A stretch of 29,596 nt of DNA from a virus. A program made the position numbers and the translations under genes. The notes under the pieces are model-generated. The model was not told the origin of the DNA, searched no databases, and saw only the letters and a program-made list of their open reading frames with translations. Where the stretch lies: UHGV virus genome UHGV-0100673, one strand, 5' to 3'. Shown one piece after another: positions 1 through 7,918 of this stretch. Each line of letters begins with the position of its first letter. Within the stretch, counting starts at the first letter, position 1.

Positions 1-69
1 AATACATTTACTTTCCTCTTTTGATGATCTTAAATGTCTTATTTTTCGTAATGTGTATAACAAGGAATA

Positions 70-588
70 GTGATGAAATTTAAAAAATGTCTTCTGCCTG
101 TGGTAATGTTAGCGTCATTCACTCTGGCAGGATGCCAGTCAAATGCTGATGATCATGCCGCCGATGTTTATCAAACCGATCAACTGAATACCAAACAAGA
201 AACTAAAACCGTTAATATTATTTCCATTCTTCCCGCAAAAGTTGCCGTAGACAACTCCCAAAATAAACGAAACGCACAAGCCTTCGGCGCGCTTATTGGT
301 GCAGTCGCTGGCGGTGTTATTGGCCACAACGTCGGGTCTGGCAGCAATTCCGGAACGACGGCAGGTGCAGTTGGCGGCGGAGCTGTTGGCGCGGCAGCGG
401 GTTCTATGGTGAATGATAAAACCTTAGTGGAAGGTGTTTCTCTAACGTATAAGGAAGGCACCAAAGTGTATACCTCCACCCAGGTGGGTAAAGAGTGCCA
501 GTTTACGACAGGTTTAGCCGTTGTTATTACCACGACGTATAACGAAACGCGTATTCAGCCAAATACCAAATGTCCTGAAAAGAGCTAA
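70..588 (+). CDS. yfgH: Outer-membrane lipoprotein with glycine-zipper segment (YfgH-like)
   Basis: Lipoprotein signal peptide with lipobox LAGC near the N-terminus; Gly/Ala-rich stretch GALIGAVAGGVIGHNVGSG...AVGGGAVGAAAGS typical of glycine-zipper lipoproteins; 172 aa matches E. coli YfgH length from memory; sits next to a yfgI-like gene. Confidence 0.7.
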   Translation: MMKFKKCLLPVVMLASFTLAGCQSNADDHAADVYQTDQLNTKQETKTVNIISILPAKVAVDNSQNKRNAQAFGALIGAVAGGVIGHNVGSGSNSGTTAGAVGGGAVGAAAGSMVNDKTLVEGVSLTYKEGTKVYTSTQVGKECQFTTGLAVVITTTYNETRIQPNTKCPEKS

Positions 589-603
589 TAATCAGGAGGA
601 GTC

Positions 604-1143
604 ATGAAGAAAGTTTTTCTTTGCGCCATCTTAGCTTCCTTAAGCTATCCGGCTATCGCCTCATCATTGCAGGATCAACTCTCTGCTGTCGCAGAAGCGG
701 AACAGCAAGGTAAAAATGAAGAGCAAAGGCAGCATGACGAATGGGTCGCGGAGCGCAACAGGGAAATCCAGCAAGAGAAGCAACGTCGCGCAAACGCCCA
801 GGCCGCCGCTAACAAAAGAGCGACAACGGCAGCGGCAAATAAGAAAGCTCGTCAGGATAAACTGGACGCCGAAGCCTCTGCGGACAAAAAACGCGATCAA
901 AGTTATCAAGATGAGCTACGCAGCTTAGAGATTCAGAAACAAAAACTGGCGCTGGCGAAAGAAGAAGCCCGCGTTAAGCGAGAAAACGAATTTATCGATC
1001 AGGAACTGAAGCACAAAGCTGCGCAAACCGATGTGGTGCAATCTGAAGCTGACGCAAACAGGAATATGACTGAGGGCGGTCGAGATCTGATGAAAAGCGT
1101 GGGCAAAGCAGAAGAGAACAAATCGGACAGCTGGTTTAATTAA
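604..1143 (+). CDS. yfgI: Secreted Lys/Glu/Ala/Gln-rich coiled-coil protein (YfgI-like)
   Basis: Signal peptide MKKVFLCAILASLSYPAIASS; strong SD AGGAGG 6 nt upstream; highly charged repetitive body; 179 aa and position after yfgH match the E. coli yfgH-yfgI arrangement from memory. Confidence 0.65.
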   Translation: MKKVFLCAILASLSYPAIASSLQDQLSAVAEAEQQGKNEEQRQHDEWVAERNREIQQEKQRRANAQAAANKRATTAAANKKARQDKLDAEASADKKRDQSYQDELRSLEIQKQKLALAKEEARVKRENEFIDQELKHKAAQTDVVQSEADANRNMTEGGRDLMKSVGKAEENKSDSWFN

Positions 1144-1181
1144 TCGATGTAAGTAACTTCAAGCCTATAATTCTTGAAGAT

Positions 1182-1214
1182 AAAAAACCCTCTGTAGTAA
1201 CAGAGGGTTTTGTT
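1182..1214. terminator. Bidirectional rho-independent terminator
   Basis: Perfect 7-bp stem CCCTCTG / CAGAGGG with 6-nt loop, flanked by an A-run on the 5' side and TTTTGTT on the 3' side, so it can terminate yfgI (+) and the convergent minus-strand transcripts. Confidence 0.7.
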
Positions 1215-1237
1215 CATTCATAGTGCAGGGATCAAAA

Positions 1238-1258
1238 TCATTCCCACTCAATTATTTA
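1238..1258 (-). other. guaA 3'-terminal remnant / candidate prophage attachment-site junction
   Basis: Minus strand reads ATA ATT GAG TGG GAA TGA (I-I-E-W-E-stop) with an in-frame stop just upstream, so only the terminal codons of a gene ending IEWE are present. GuaA ending in IEWE and lying convergent to yfgI are recalled, not verified. Confidence 0.4.
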
Positions 1259-1362
1259 CAGCACTCGTAACCAATTGACTGAAAACAAGTTTATGAAACG
1301 ATAAATTCTGCATACCGTTTTATATACCGTCACCGGGAAACAGTACCATGAAAAATACCATG

Positions 1363-1794
1363 CTACCTGGTCAGTTCATCGTACTGCCTTTCGCATACCC
1401 TTCCGGCTTCAGCTGCCCGGTCAGCGTATTCTGCCAGTTGTCGGTTTCGTTCGAGAGATTTTTCGAACACGTCGGTAAGCAAAATTCCGGTGTCTGCGGC
1501 TGACGACCCAGCGCCGACAGTGGCGTTATACTGCCTGAGCTGCTCACGGATGGCAACGAGCTGCTGCTGCAGCCGGCCAGCGCGAGCGGCAGCATCAAGA
1601 GCATCATTGCGCGCCTGGTCGATCCTCTGCTGCGCCTCTCGTTCATTGGTTGCTTTCTCCTGTTCGTCATGTTGACGGGCTTTATCATCTTCTGCTTTGC
1701 GGTCTGCCTTCGCCTGCGCATACCCGGCGTCGTACTGCCTGTCACCGTGAATATTCCAGGCTACAACGCCGCCGGCTACCAGAGCAGCAAGCAT
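1363..1794 (-). CDS. Rz-like i-spanin
   Basis: N-terminal hydrophobic segment LAALVAGGVVAW then charged Ala/Gln/Arg-rich coiled-coil body; last gene of the lysis cassette; contains an embedded lipoprotein ORF in another frame. Confidence 0.75.
   Translation of the reverse strand: MLAALVAGGVVAWNIHGDRQYDAGYAQAKADRKAEDDKARQHDEQEKATNEREAQQRIDQARNDALDAAARAGRLQQQLVAIREQLRQYNATVGAGSSAADTGILLTDVFEKSLERNRQLAEYADRAAEAGRVCERQYDELTR
1371..1607 (-). CDS. Rz1-like o-spanin (embedded in Rz, alternate frame)
   Basis: Internal start MMLLMLPLALAGCSSSS gives a lipoprotein signal with lipobox LAGC, followed by a Pro/Ser-rich short mature part; entirely within the Rz ORF in a different frame. Start at 1607 or 1604. 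Confidence 0.7.
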   Translation of the reverse strand: MMLLMLPLALAGCSSSSLPSVSSSGSITPLSALGRQPQTPEFCLPTCSKNLSNETDNWQNTLTGQLKPEGYAKGSTMN

Positions 1795-1841
1795 CTACAC
1801 GATAAGCAACTGTTTCCAGTATGCTTTCACGAATGCCGTGA

Positions 1842-2471
1842 TCATGATGCCAGCACCTTCTTGGCCGACAGGTAACGCACACGGCGATCGTCGATGCCAT
1901 TCTGGCCGCCATTGATGATCTGCGTGACGCGCATCAGGTCGTCGGTGTACTTCAGGCATCCATATTTCACGAAGTACCACGCCGCGCTCCGCGCTGCATA
2001 CTCGTCCTGCGCCAGCAGTTCCGGCTGCTTAACCAGGTCCACCTTCATACCGTTGCCGCAGTCACGATAGTTGTTCAGCCCGGTGATCTGGATAAGCCCT
2101 CGTCCGCGGTAAAACCAGCCGTCGGTCGGCCCGTTATTCCCCATGCGTTTGCTGTACACCAGATTGGCAATGGCCCGCTGCCTCTCCAGTGGCAACGATG
2201 GTTCACCCTGCCGGCGCCCGAGGGAATTAGCCTGGCCCTGCGTCAGTCGCCCGGCACGGACGAAACCAGCCAGCCCCGCCACGCTGTAATTGAAGCTCTC
2301 AACGAGCTGGGTAAAGCCAGTGCTTTCATGCCCGGCCTGGGCAATAAACATCGCCTGATCCAGCGGCTTGATGATGCCAAACTCTTTCATGGCCGCCACG
2401 ATGTGCGGATGCCAGCGTGTGGCCAGCGCCAGGCTAACGCCGGCAGCTTTCTGAAACTCGTTAATGTCCAT
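1842..2471 (-). CDS. Endolysin, glycoside hydrolase family 19 (chitinase-like lysozyme)
   Basis: Motifs AQAGHESTGF and YRGRGLIQITGLNNY resemble the GH19 catalytic region; directly downstream of the holin-like genes with an overlapping start. Confidence 0.8.
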   Translation of the reverse strand: MDINEFQKAAGVSLALATRWHPHIVAAMKEFGIIKPLDQAMFIAQAGHESTGFTQLVESFNYSVAGLAGFVRAGRLTQGQANSLGRRQGEPSLPLERQRAIANLVYSKRMGNNGPTDGWFYRGRGLIQITGLNNYRDCGNGMKVDLVKQPELLAQDEYAARSAAWYFVKYGCLKYTDDLMRVTQIINGGQNGIDDRRVRYLSAKKVLAS

Positions 2472-2766
2472 GTTGCGACCTCGATATCTTGAAGATTTGC
2501 ACGACGTTGCCGCGCGTCTTCAGCACCGCGGCGAACATCACAGCATTGATAACGACCTCAGAAAGATCTGCGGTCATGGGGAAGTGGTACAGGTATGAGT
2601 ACGCGGTGCGCAGCGGGATGCTGGCCGCCGCCACGATGAGGAAATAGGCTATCCACCCGCCCCAGCGGCGGTGGCGCGATCCGTTGCGCTGGAAGAACAT
2701 CACCCTCAGCGCTATCCCGCCGCAGATGAGGGCATTAGCGATCAGCAGCAGATCATGGCCTGTCAT
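2461..2766 (-). CDS. Holin/antiholin-like small membrane protein
   Basis: 101 aa with at least two hydrophobic helices; overlaps the upstream membrane protein and the downstream endolysin, i.e. a coupled lysis cassette. Confidence 0.55.
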   Translation of the reverse strand: MTGHDLLLIANALICGGIALRVMFFQRNGSRHRRWGGWIAYFLIVAAASIPLRTAYSYLYHFPMTADLSEVVINAVMFAAVLKTRGNVVQIFKISRSQHGH

Positions 2767-3157
2767 CGTCTTTTCCTCCCGGGATTAAATCGCGCGGATT
2801 GTCAGAGCGGTGATACAGCCATATCCCGACCCGCACCGCGACAATTGCCGCAACGAACGCGCCGGCGGAGTAGACAATGCCCCGCTCGAACGAGTCCTGT
2901 GTGATGGTGGGGATCATGCTGGCAACGCCGATAAGGATTGATGCTGTGGGTTTGTAGAAGAGAAGACCGCAGAGAAAGCTGAGTAGCGCCAGGAGAACGC
3001 GGCGCTTGGCCGGATACTCAACAGCAGAGGTAACAAAAATTACCGCCCCGGCCAGCGATCCCAGCGCCACTTCAGGAGGTACGCCGGCGATAACTGCCGC
3101 CAGCGCACCGTAGCTAAGCCCATGATTTATTGTATCAGCGGTTAGCGATGCAGACAT
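2753..3157 (-). CDS. Holin (multi-pass membrane protein)
   Basis: Three or four predicted TM segments and a charged C-terminal tail (DNPRDLIPGGKDDDRP); first gene of the lysis cassette. Start placed at ATG 3157 (GGTGG 5 nt upstream) rather than GTG 3166. Confidence 0.6.
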   Translation of the reverse strand: MSASLTADTINHGLSYGALAAVIAGVPPEVALGSLAGAVIFVTSAVEYPAKRRVLLALLSFLCGLLFYKPTASILIGVASMIPTITQDSFERGIVYSAGAFVAAIVAVRVGIWLYHRSDNPRDLIPGGKDDDRP

Positions 3158-3276
3158 GATGACCACCGTTTACTATGCATGATGAACCTCCTTAGTTTGG
3201 TAAGTTCATCATACACAACAAACCATATTTGAATAAACGGTAACAGTAATTTATGCCAGTATAAACCTTGCCACAA

Positions 3277-3510
3277 TTATTCAAATAACACTTTTGCGGC
3301 AGTGGCTTTTTCTATTGCCTCATTCAGAATTGTTTGGTTTTCTGTTAACTCGCTGGCACTAAAGTATCTGATGAGAAGCTGATAATTGAGAACGCTGTCG
3401 CCAATAAAATCCATTGCCTGCGCTGTCAGATTCGTATCCATCCCCAGCAAATTCATTAAGGACAATACAATCTGTTCTTTTTCTGTCAGTTGATTCATTT
3501 CGCCTGGCAT
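3277..3510 (-). CDS. Hypothetical small acidic protein
   Basis: 77-aa ORF 18 nt downstream of the tailspike gene on the same strand; no recognisable motif. Confidence 0.4.
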   Translation of the reverse strand: MPGEMNQLTEKEQIVLSLMNLLGMDTNLTAQAMDFIGDSVLNYQLLIRYFSASELTENQTILNEAIEKATAAKVLFE

Positions 3511-3528
3511 GATTGATTTCCTGTTGTA

Positions 3529-5418
3529 TTAGTTAGTTGAAGAGTGGCCGCATAGTTTGGCATTTAGTCCGACATTACATTCGGACAAAGCCACGCCGCT
3601 GATGTTGATGATTCGAACGTACGCCTGCGTTTTCGCGCTGTTGATATAAACCTGAACAGCCACAACAGGCATTGACCCTGCGTATCCTACTGGCGTCACG
3701 TCCAGTGTGTAGTTCGTCCAGTCAGCAATAGAAATGCCAAACAGTGTCGTCACATCTTTTTCAGAATACCCGCCGGCACTTATTGGCCCCCACGCGACAG
3801 CTGAGGATGTGGTATGGAATTTCACACCACCGTCGAGGTTTACCCTGTTTTTTGCTTTTCCGTTGCCCGTACCCAAATACAGCCGCCTGGAATATGTGTC
3901 ACCAAAGTCATCAACACCCCACGGCGTTACAGATGCTGAAACCTGATGAATATATGTCCAGCTACCGTTCTGCGTAGTTTTTCTGCGTACTATAGGGGCA
4001 TTCCCTGAAGCAAAAATAGAATAGGTTGTAGCATCTGTAATGCTAAGCCCCGTTACTGAATCAAAAATTCTGACACCACAATTCCACTTATCGACTCCGT
4101 TACGTAGACGCTGAACGCGAATGCCATCAGCCCCAGATGATGTGGATAGATCTCCAACCCCAGCGATGTAACAGCCAACATAAGTACCGTTACCCACGAT
4201 GCCATCAATATTACAATCAATCTCAACCCCGTAAACCTCGTCTCCGGGTTGCAGATTATGGGCGTTAGTTAACAGGTTCATTGCCCACAATTTCTGCCGT
4301 TCACAGTTAAACGATTCTATCGCAGCCATCAGAGCGACGAACGGCTCATAATTCGGCCCGCTGGACAGCGTGTCATGGACAGCCATTTCAACAGCCATAG
4401 TCTGGTGCTTTACCGACGTTCCATCGATATTCACAGCGCTATATTGTTTTGTTCTGAACGTAGTGCCTGATATTTTGTGGTTCGGGTGCGTTGTTAGTCT
4501 CGGCAGAAAATTGGTATTCGTGACTGTAATTCCCGGGGAAAAAATAACAGTACACGGCTCCGAACGATCAAATTCTATCGCACTGGTTAGAGTGACATTG
4601 GTATCAAAAGTGATGTTACTGGACTCATCAAAAGCAGCCTGCACAGCATCCTGATCGGACAGCCCCTGATTTTTGTAATAACTGATCGCAACAAGAGGTT
4701 TATTACCCAACTTTGCGACCAGGGAAGTCCCTTCTTCTGATGCCAACTCAATCATCACATCAGCCGCAGAACCTGACTCAGGCAATACCGCTATCGGATT
4801 ACCGGTATCGTTGAATGCCAGTATTTTTTTCCTGCGACCTGAGATGCCAGGAAGCATTCCTACTTCTGACTCAGGAACCCTCAGCGTCCGCTTAAAGTTA
4901 TTGTCTGAATGAGAAATGGCGCCATGATAGAGATTGTCAGCATACCCCTTCGTGGCCGCATCCTGCGCCTGTGACGGGTCACGCAAGTTACGAATGCGGT
5001 TGTTGAGTGCGTCGTAATAGTTAGCGATGAACGACGGCTTGCGCAGCGCCAGGCGGAGAAAGCTGAAACACTGCTGGATAAGCATGGTCAACTTGTCGAA
5101 CGCATCCTCATGCACCTCTGCGAAAAATTTACCCTGGTTACGGAGGTCAGTATCCTGGGTAACTGGCAGGTCACGCGAGATAGAGATTTGCCATCCGTTG
5201 GCCAGCGGTGACATCAGCACTACATTCCCACCAGAATAAGTACCAGCCCCAGTAACTGAGTAATCGGTATCCAGAGTCAGCACCGTAATATTTTCGTTAA
5301 GGTCAGCGACCTGGACGGTGAGATCTGACTTCTTGAAGATGCGGAATGTATACGGAAATGATGTCGTAACGCCGTTACCTGTGTATTCGTTGTGGTCAAC
5401 TTCGGTTGAGACCGTCAT
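3529..5418 (-). CDS. Tailspike / tail fibre protein
   Basis: 629 aa; N-terminal pattern EYTGNGVTTSFPYTF...VLTLDTDY resembles the conserved particle-binding domain of T7 gp17-type fibres and podovirus tailspikes; remainder is Gly/Thr/Asn/Ser-rich, consistent with a beta-helix receptor-binding body. Confidence 0.75.
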   Translation of the reverse strand: MTVSTEVDHNEYTGNGVTTSFPYTFRIFKKSDLTVQVADLNENITVLTLDTDYSVTGAGTYSGGNVVLMSPLANGWQISISRDLPVTQDTDLRNQGKFFAEVHEDAFDKLTMLIQQCFSFLRLALRKPSFIANYYDALNNRIRNLRDPSQAQDAATKGYADNLYHGAISHSDNNFKRTLRVPESEVGMLPGISGRRKKILAFNDTGNPIAVLPESGSAADVMIELASEEGTSLVAKLGNKPLVAISYYKNQGLSDQDAVQAAFDESSNITFDTNVTLTSAIEFDRSEPCTVIFSPGITVTNTNFLPRLTTHPNHKISGTTFRTKQYSAVNIDGTSVKHQTMAVEMAVHDTLSSGPNYEPFVALMAAIESFNCERQKLWAMNLLTNAHNLQPGDEVYGVEIDCNIDGIVGNGTYVGCYIAGVGDLSTSSGADGIRVQRLRNGVDKWNCGVRIFDSVTGLSITDATTYSIFASGNAPIVRRKTTQNGSWTYIHQVSASVTPWGVDDFGDTYSRRLYLGTGNGKAKNRVNLDGGVKFHTTSSAVAWGPISAGGYSEKDVTTLFGISIADWTNYTLDVTPVGYAGSMPVVAVQVYINSAKTQAYVRIINISGVALSECNVGLNAKLCGHSSTN

Positions 5419-5521
5419 GTTAAATCTCCAGATAGTCGCAGCACCCGTTGCGCCGCATATCCGGTTATTTTATTACCTGAAAAACCACATATGGATAGAT
5501 AGACTGTGAATACGAACAGAT

Positions 5522-5538
5522 ATTACCTTTCAGGTAAT
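5522..5538. promoter_or_regulatory. Palindromic operator-like site ATTACC-TTTCA-GGTAAT
   Basis: Perfect 6-bp inverted arms with 5-bp spacer, read directly; same core as four other sites in the window. Confidence 0.5.
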
Positions 5539-5574
5539 TTGCAAAACGTGCTGGATAGCAAACAAATTATTTGA

Positions 5575-5594
5575 TACTGTATAAATATACAGTT
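5575..5594. promoter_or_regulatory. LexA (SOS) box
   Basis: TACTGTATAAATATACAGTT contains CTGT-N8-ACAG with an AT-rich spacer, a very close match to the LexA consensus, about 20 nt upstream of the ATG at 5614. Confidence 0.75.
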
Positions 5595-5613
5595 ATTGCA
5601 TGGAGAAGATAAG

Positions 5614-5871
5614 ATGCAGCAGTATCACTATCCACTGGAAGACGGATTTACCGAAAGGATTCACACGCCGGGAGGCGTCAGGTCACTGGTGGAGGGATCG
5701 CACTTGATGAAATTACTCCGGGATCTCGATAAGGATGGATTTAATGTCGATGGCCCACTTGCCGAACTGACTGCACTGATTAACTACGTCACCAGCTCAC
5801 AGATGTCTATGCAGGATCTGCAAACACATCTCGACTATTGTGCCGAACAATTACGAAAACAAACCAGATAA
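5614..5871 (+). CDS. Small SOS-controlled antirepressor-like protein (homologous to the C-terminal domain of the adjacent BRO-N protein)
   Basis: ATG 5614 with SD GGAG 6 nt upstream (the ORF track's 5596 start is TTG). GVRSLVEGSHLMKLLRDLDKDGFNVDGPLAELTALINYV...DLQTHLDY aligns by eye with SGVLGLTENSLLMNLLNQLQEDGHDVSGAAAELTTMFCYI...DIQTHAEY at the C-terminus of the 6187..6882 product. Confidence 0.65.
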   Translation: MQQYHYPLEDGFTERIHTPGGVRSLVEGSHLMKLLRDLDKDGFNVDGPLAELTALINYVTSSQMSMQDLQTHLDYCAEQLRKQTR

Positions 5872-5902
5872 GGTTTGCAATTACCAAATGGAGTGCTTAT
5901 AT

Positions 5903-5919
5903 TTACCTTTGCGGTAAAT
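5903..5919. promoter_or_regulatory. Palindromic operator-like site variant TTTACC-TTTGC-GGTAAA
   Basis: Same TTACC-N5-GGTAA core as the other four sites. Confidence 0.4.
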
Positions 5920-6009
5920 TTACATCGCACTCCTCTTGTGCCATAGTAATCGGGCACTGGCAAAATCCAGTGCCGGGATTGGCGTCCCGGATTACTAAAA
6001 GGTGCATTC

Positions 6010-6029
6010 ACCGCGCAAGCGGTTTTTTT
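6010..6029 (+). terminator. Short intrinsic terminator-like hairpin
   Basis: ACCGC-GCAA-GCGGT stem-loop followed by a 7-T run; downstream of the small gene and of a structured element at 5945..5996. Confidence 0.4.
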
Positions 6030-6186
6030 ATACGTATAGCACGGCCACATTCGTATTATGGTGGGCTGTGTGGGGGCACCGAAAGGTGCGCCGGGTCCTT
6101 TTAGCCGGTTACGCCAACCCTGCACAGCTCACCACCAACCGATTGGCGTCGGTAGTGGTGATTAACCAGACTAAAAGGTAACCACT

Positions 6187-6882
6187 ATGACAGCTACAAA
6201 AAGCACGTCCATTTTTTCTTTCGAATCCCAAGCCGATATACGAGTAATCGTCATTAATGGTGAGCCATGGTTTATCGCTTCAGATGTTTGTCGGGCTATA
6301 GGCATAGCAAACCATCGAGATGCTGTTCGAAAACTTGATGATGATGAGAAGGGCGTCGCTTCAACCGACACCCCTGGCGGTGAGCAAGAATCGATCATCA
6401 TCTCCGAGTCAGGCCTCTACACACTGATCCTCCGCTGCCGCGACGCAGTGACACCAGGCACTATCCCCTACCGCTTTCGTAAATGGGTTACAGGTGAGGT
6501 TCTTCCTCAGATCCGCTGCACCGGAAGTTACATTAAAAACTCGCTCCCGCAGGAAGAACGCATAAAGATGGTTGCCGACCAGGTAGCCAACGCCACAGCA
6601 TCAGCAGTGATGCAGGCGATGAAGATAGAGAACAAAACCTACAGTGCCCCACTGAAGCCCGGCTACCGCAGCCTGATTCATTCGCCGTCTGGTGTTCTCG
6701 GCCTGACGGAGAACTCACTGCTGATGAATCTGCTGAACCAGTTACAGGAAGACGGGCACGACGTATCGGGCGCGGCGGCGGAGCTGACCACCATGTTCTG
6801 CTACATCGTCGGTGTGAGCAAATGCCTGCGTGATATCCAGACGCACGCGGAGTACATCAACGACAAAGCAGGGTTCTTCTGA
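6187..6882 (+). CDS. BRO-N domain phage antirepressor
   Basis: N-terminal region ...IRVIVINGEPWFIASDVCRAIGI...ESGLYTLILRC...FRKWVTGEVLPQIR matches the BRO-N domain pattern; C-terminal about 60 aa homologous to the small upstream protein. Confidence 0.75.
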   Translation: MTATKSTSIFSFESQADIRVIVINGEPWFIASDVCRAIGIANHRDAVRKLDDDEKGVASTDTPGGEQESIIISESGLYTLILRCRDAVTPGTIPYRFRKWVTGEVLPQIRCTGSYIKNSLPQEERIKMVADQVANATASAVMQAMKIENKTYSAPLKPGYRSLIHSPSGVLGLTENSLLMNLLNQLQEDGHDVSGAAAELTTMFCYIVGVSKCLRDIQTHAEYINDKAGFF

Positions 6883-6953
6883 CGGGCGGCGGCACAGGGA
6901 TGTGCCTTTAAATAATTCTGTACAGATTGCAGACTGGGGGTGAATAGCGTACT

Positions 6954-6970
6954 ATTACCTTAAAGGTAAA
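6954..6970. promoter_or_regulatory. Palindromic operator-like site ATTACC-TTAAA-GGTAAA
   Basis: TTACC-N5-GGTAA core about 45 nt upstream of the ATG at 7012. Confidence 0.45.
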
Positions 6971-7011
6971 CCTGTTTTTATTTTATACCTGTAACTTACC
7001 GGAGATTAAAG

Positions 7012-7338
7012 ATGACAAAACTTGGATTCGTGATGAGAGGTCCGGTAAGAAGCGGAACTCATGCAAAGCGTAGCAAGAGTCGTATTTTTACTGGTAAGGT
7101 TGTAGCACGTAAATCAGCTATTGGCTCGTTCCATAGTGAAAATGCGGCATTGCGCCATATTTTTATCAGCACAAAGCCAAGAGCATCCGCTGATGTGCAT
7201 ACAATGACTATTCCTATCACAAAGAATATAAAGCGGATAAAAAAGCTCTCATCTGCAGAATCAAAAGAGATATCTTTCCGCCAGCTTAACTCATTAGAAA
7301 CGCATATGAAGGAAGAGGAATTCGATGTTTTTGAGTGA
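7012..7338 (+). CDS. Hypothetical basic protein, first gene of a two-gene overlapping module (candidate antitoxin/partner)
   Basis: SD GGAG 7 nt upstream of ATG; 108 aa, Lys/Arg-rich with acidic C-terminal tail EEEFDVFE; 3' end overlaps the next gene by 14 nt. Confidence 0.5.
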   Translation: MTKLGFVMRGPVRSGTHAKRSKSRIFTGKVVARKSAIGSFHSENAALRHIFISTKPRASADVHTMTIPITKNIKRIKKLSSAESKEISFRQLNSLETHMKEEEFDVFE

Positions 7339-7837
7339 GTATAGCGGGAAGGTTATACCTACTGGTGAGTTTAAAACTGATGACTTTCTGATTTCGCTAA
7401 AAGATGCTTTTAAACAACACTGGCGTCATGGTCATCATCCTGATCTGGGAAAAGATACTCTTTTTGAAAGACCAGACGAAGTATTAGGTTTCCATCTCAG
7501 AAAGGTTCATGTCAATATTGGTGAATATGCATCATATTCATACTCATGTACTGAACAGTGTTGGGATGAGTGGTCATATGGATTGATTGATGAACAAGGA
7601 AATTACAGGCCAAAACCAACCAGTAACGCATATCTCATATATGCAGTCAATGAAATAAGAGATGCAGCCTTACTAGCTTATTGGGACCCGCCCGCACACA
7701 CCAAAGCTAACGCAAAAGTTTGGATGGATTCCGTATTGAATTTCACAAAATTATTTCATGAACGAACGAATACAGCTCCACTTAGTAGAAATGTTTATCC
7801 GTGGGATTATTCGTACAAATCCAAAAAGCCTGCATAG
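7325..7837 (+). CDS. Candidate YafO-family toxin-like protein (tentative)
   Basis: Start ATG 7325 lies inside the upstream gene with SD AGGAAGAGGA ahead of it. Blocks LGKDTLFE...HLRKVHV and AYLIYAVNEIRDAALLAYWDPPAH resemble, from memory, the conserved FGRDALYD...VAHIHL and HLVYCQG...AWLLIAILKPEPH blocks of E. coli YafO. No search was run. Confidence 0.45.
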   Translation: MFLSEYSGKVIPTGEFKTDDFLISLKDAFKQHWRHGHHPDLGKDTLFERPDEVLGFHLRKVHVNIGEYASYSYSCTEQCWDEWSYGLIDEQGNYRPKPTSNAYLIYAVNEIRDAALLAYWDPPAHTKANAKVWMDSVLNFTKLFHERTNTAPLSRNVYPWDYSYKSKKPA

Positions 7838-7918
7838 TAGTTTTTTATGGACGAAACAAAAGTCAGTGCTACACTCATTGACGCCACATTGAAGTGGCTT
7901 ATAGATGGAAATTTCACA

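Noticed and set aside
139-533. Minus-strand ORFs 139..327 and 180..533 overlapping yfgH.
   Set aside because: They lie entirely inside the well-supported lipoprotein gene on the opposite strand and mirror its Gly/Ala-rich codons.
5522-5538. The TTACCTTTCAGGTAA palindrome read as an MqsA-type ACCT-N3-AGGT operator.
   Set aside because: Only three of the five sites keep ACCT-N3-AGGT, whereas all five keep TTACC-N5-GGTAA; no mqsR/mqsA-like gene is present, so the binding protein is left unassigned.
6916-6935. CTGTACAG upstream of the 7012 gene considered as a second LexA box.
   Set aside because: The CTGT and ACAG halves are adjacent rather than separated by 8 bp, so it does not fit the CTGT-N8-ACAG architecture.
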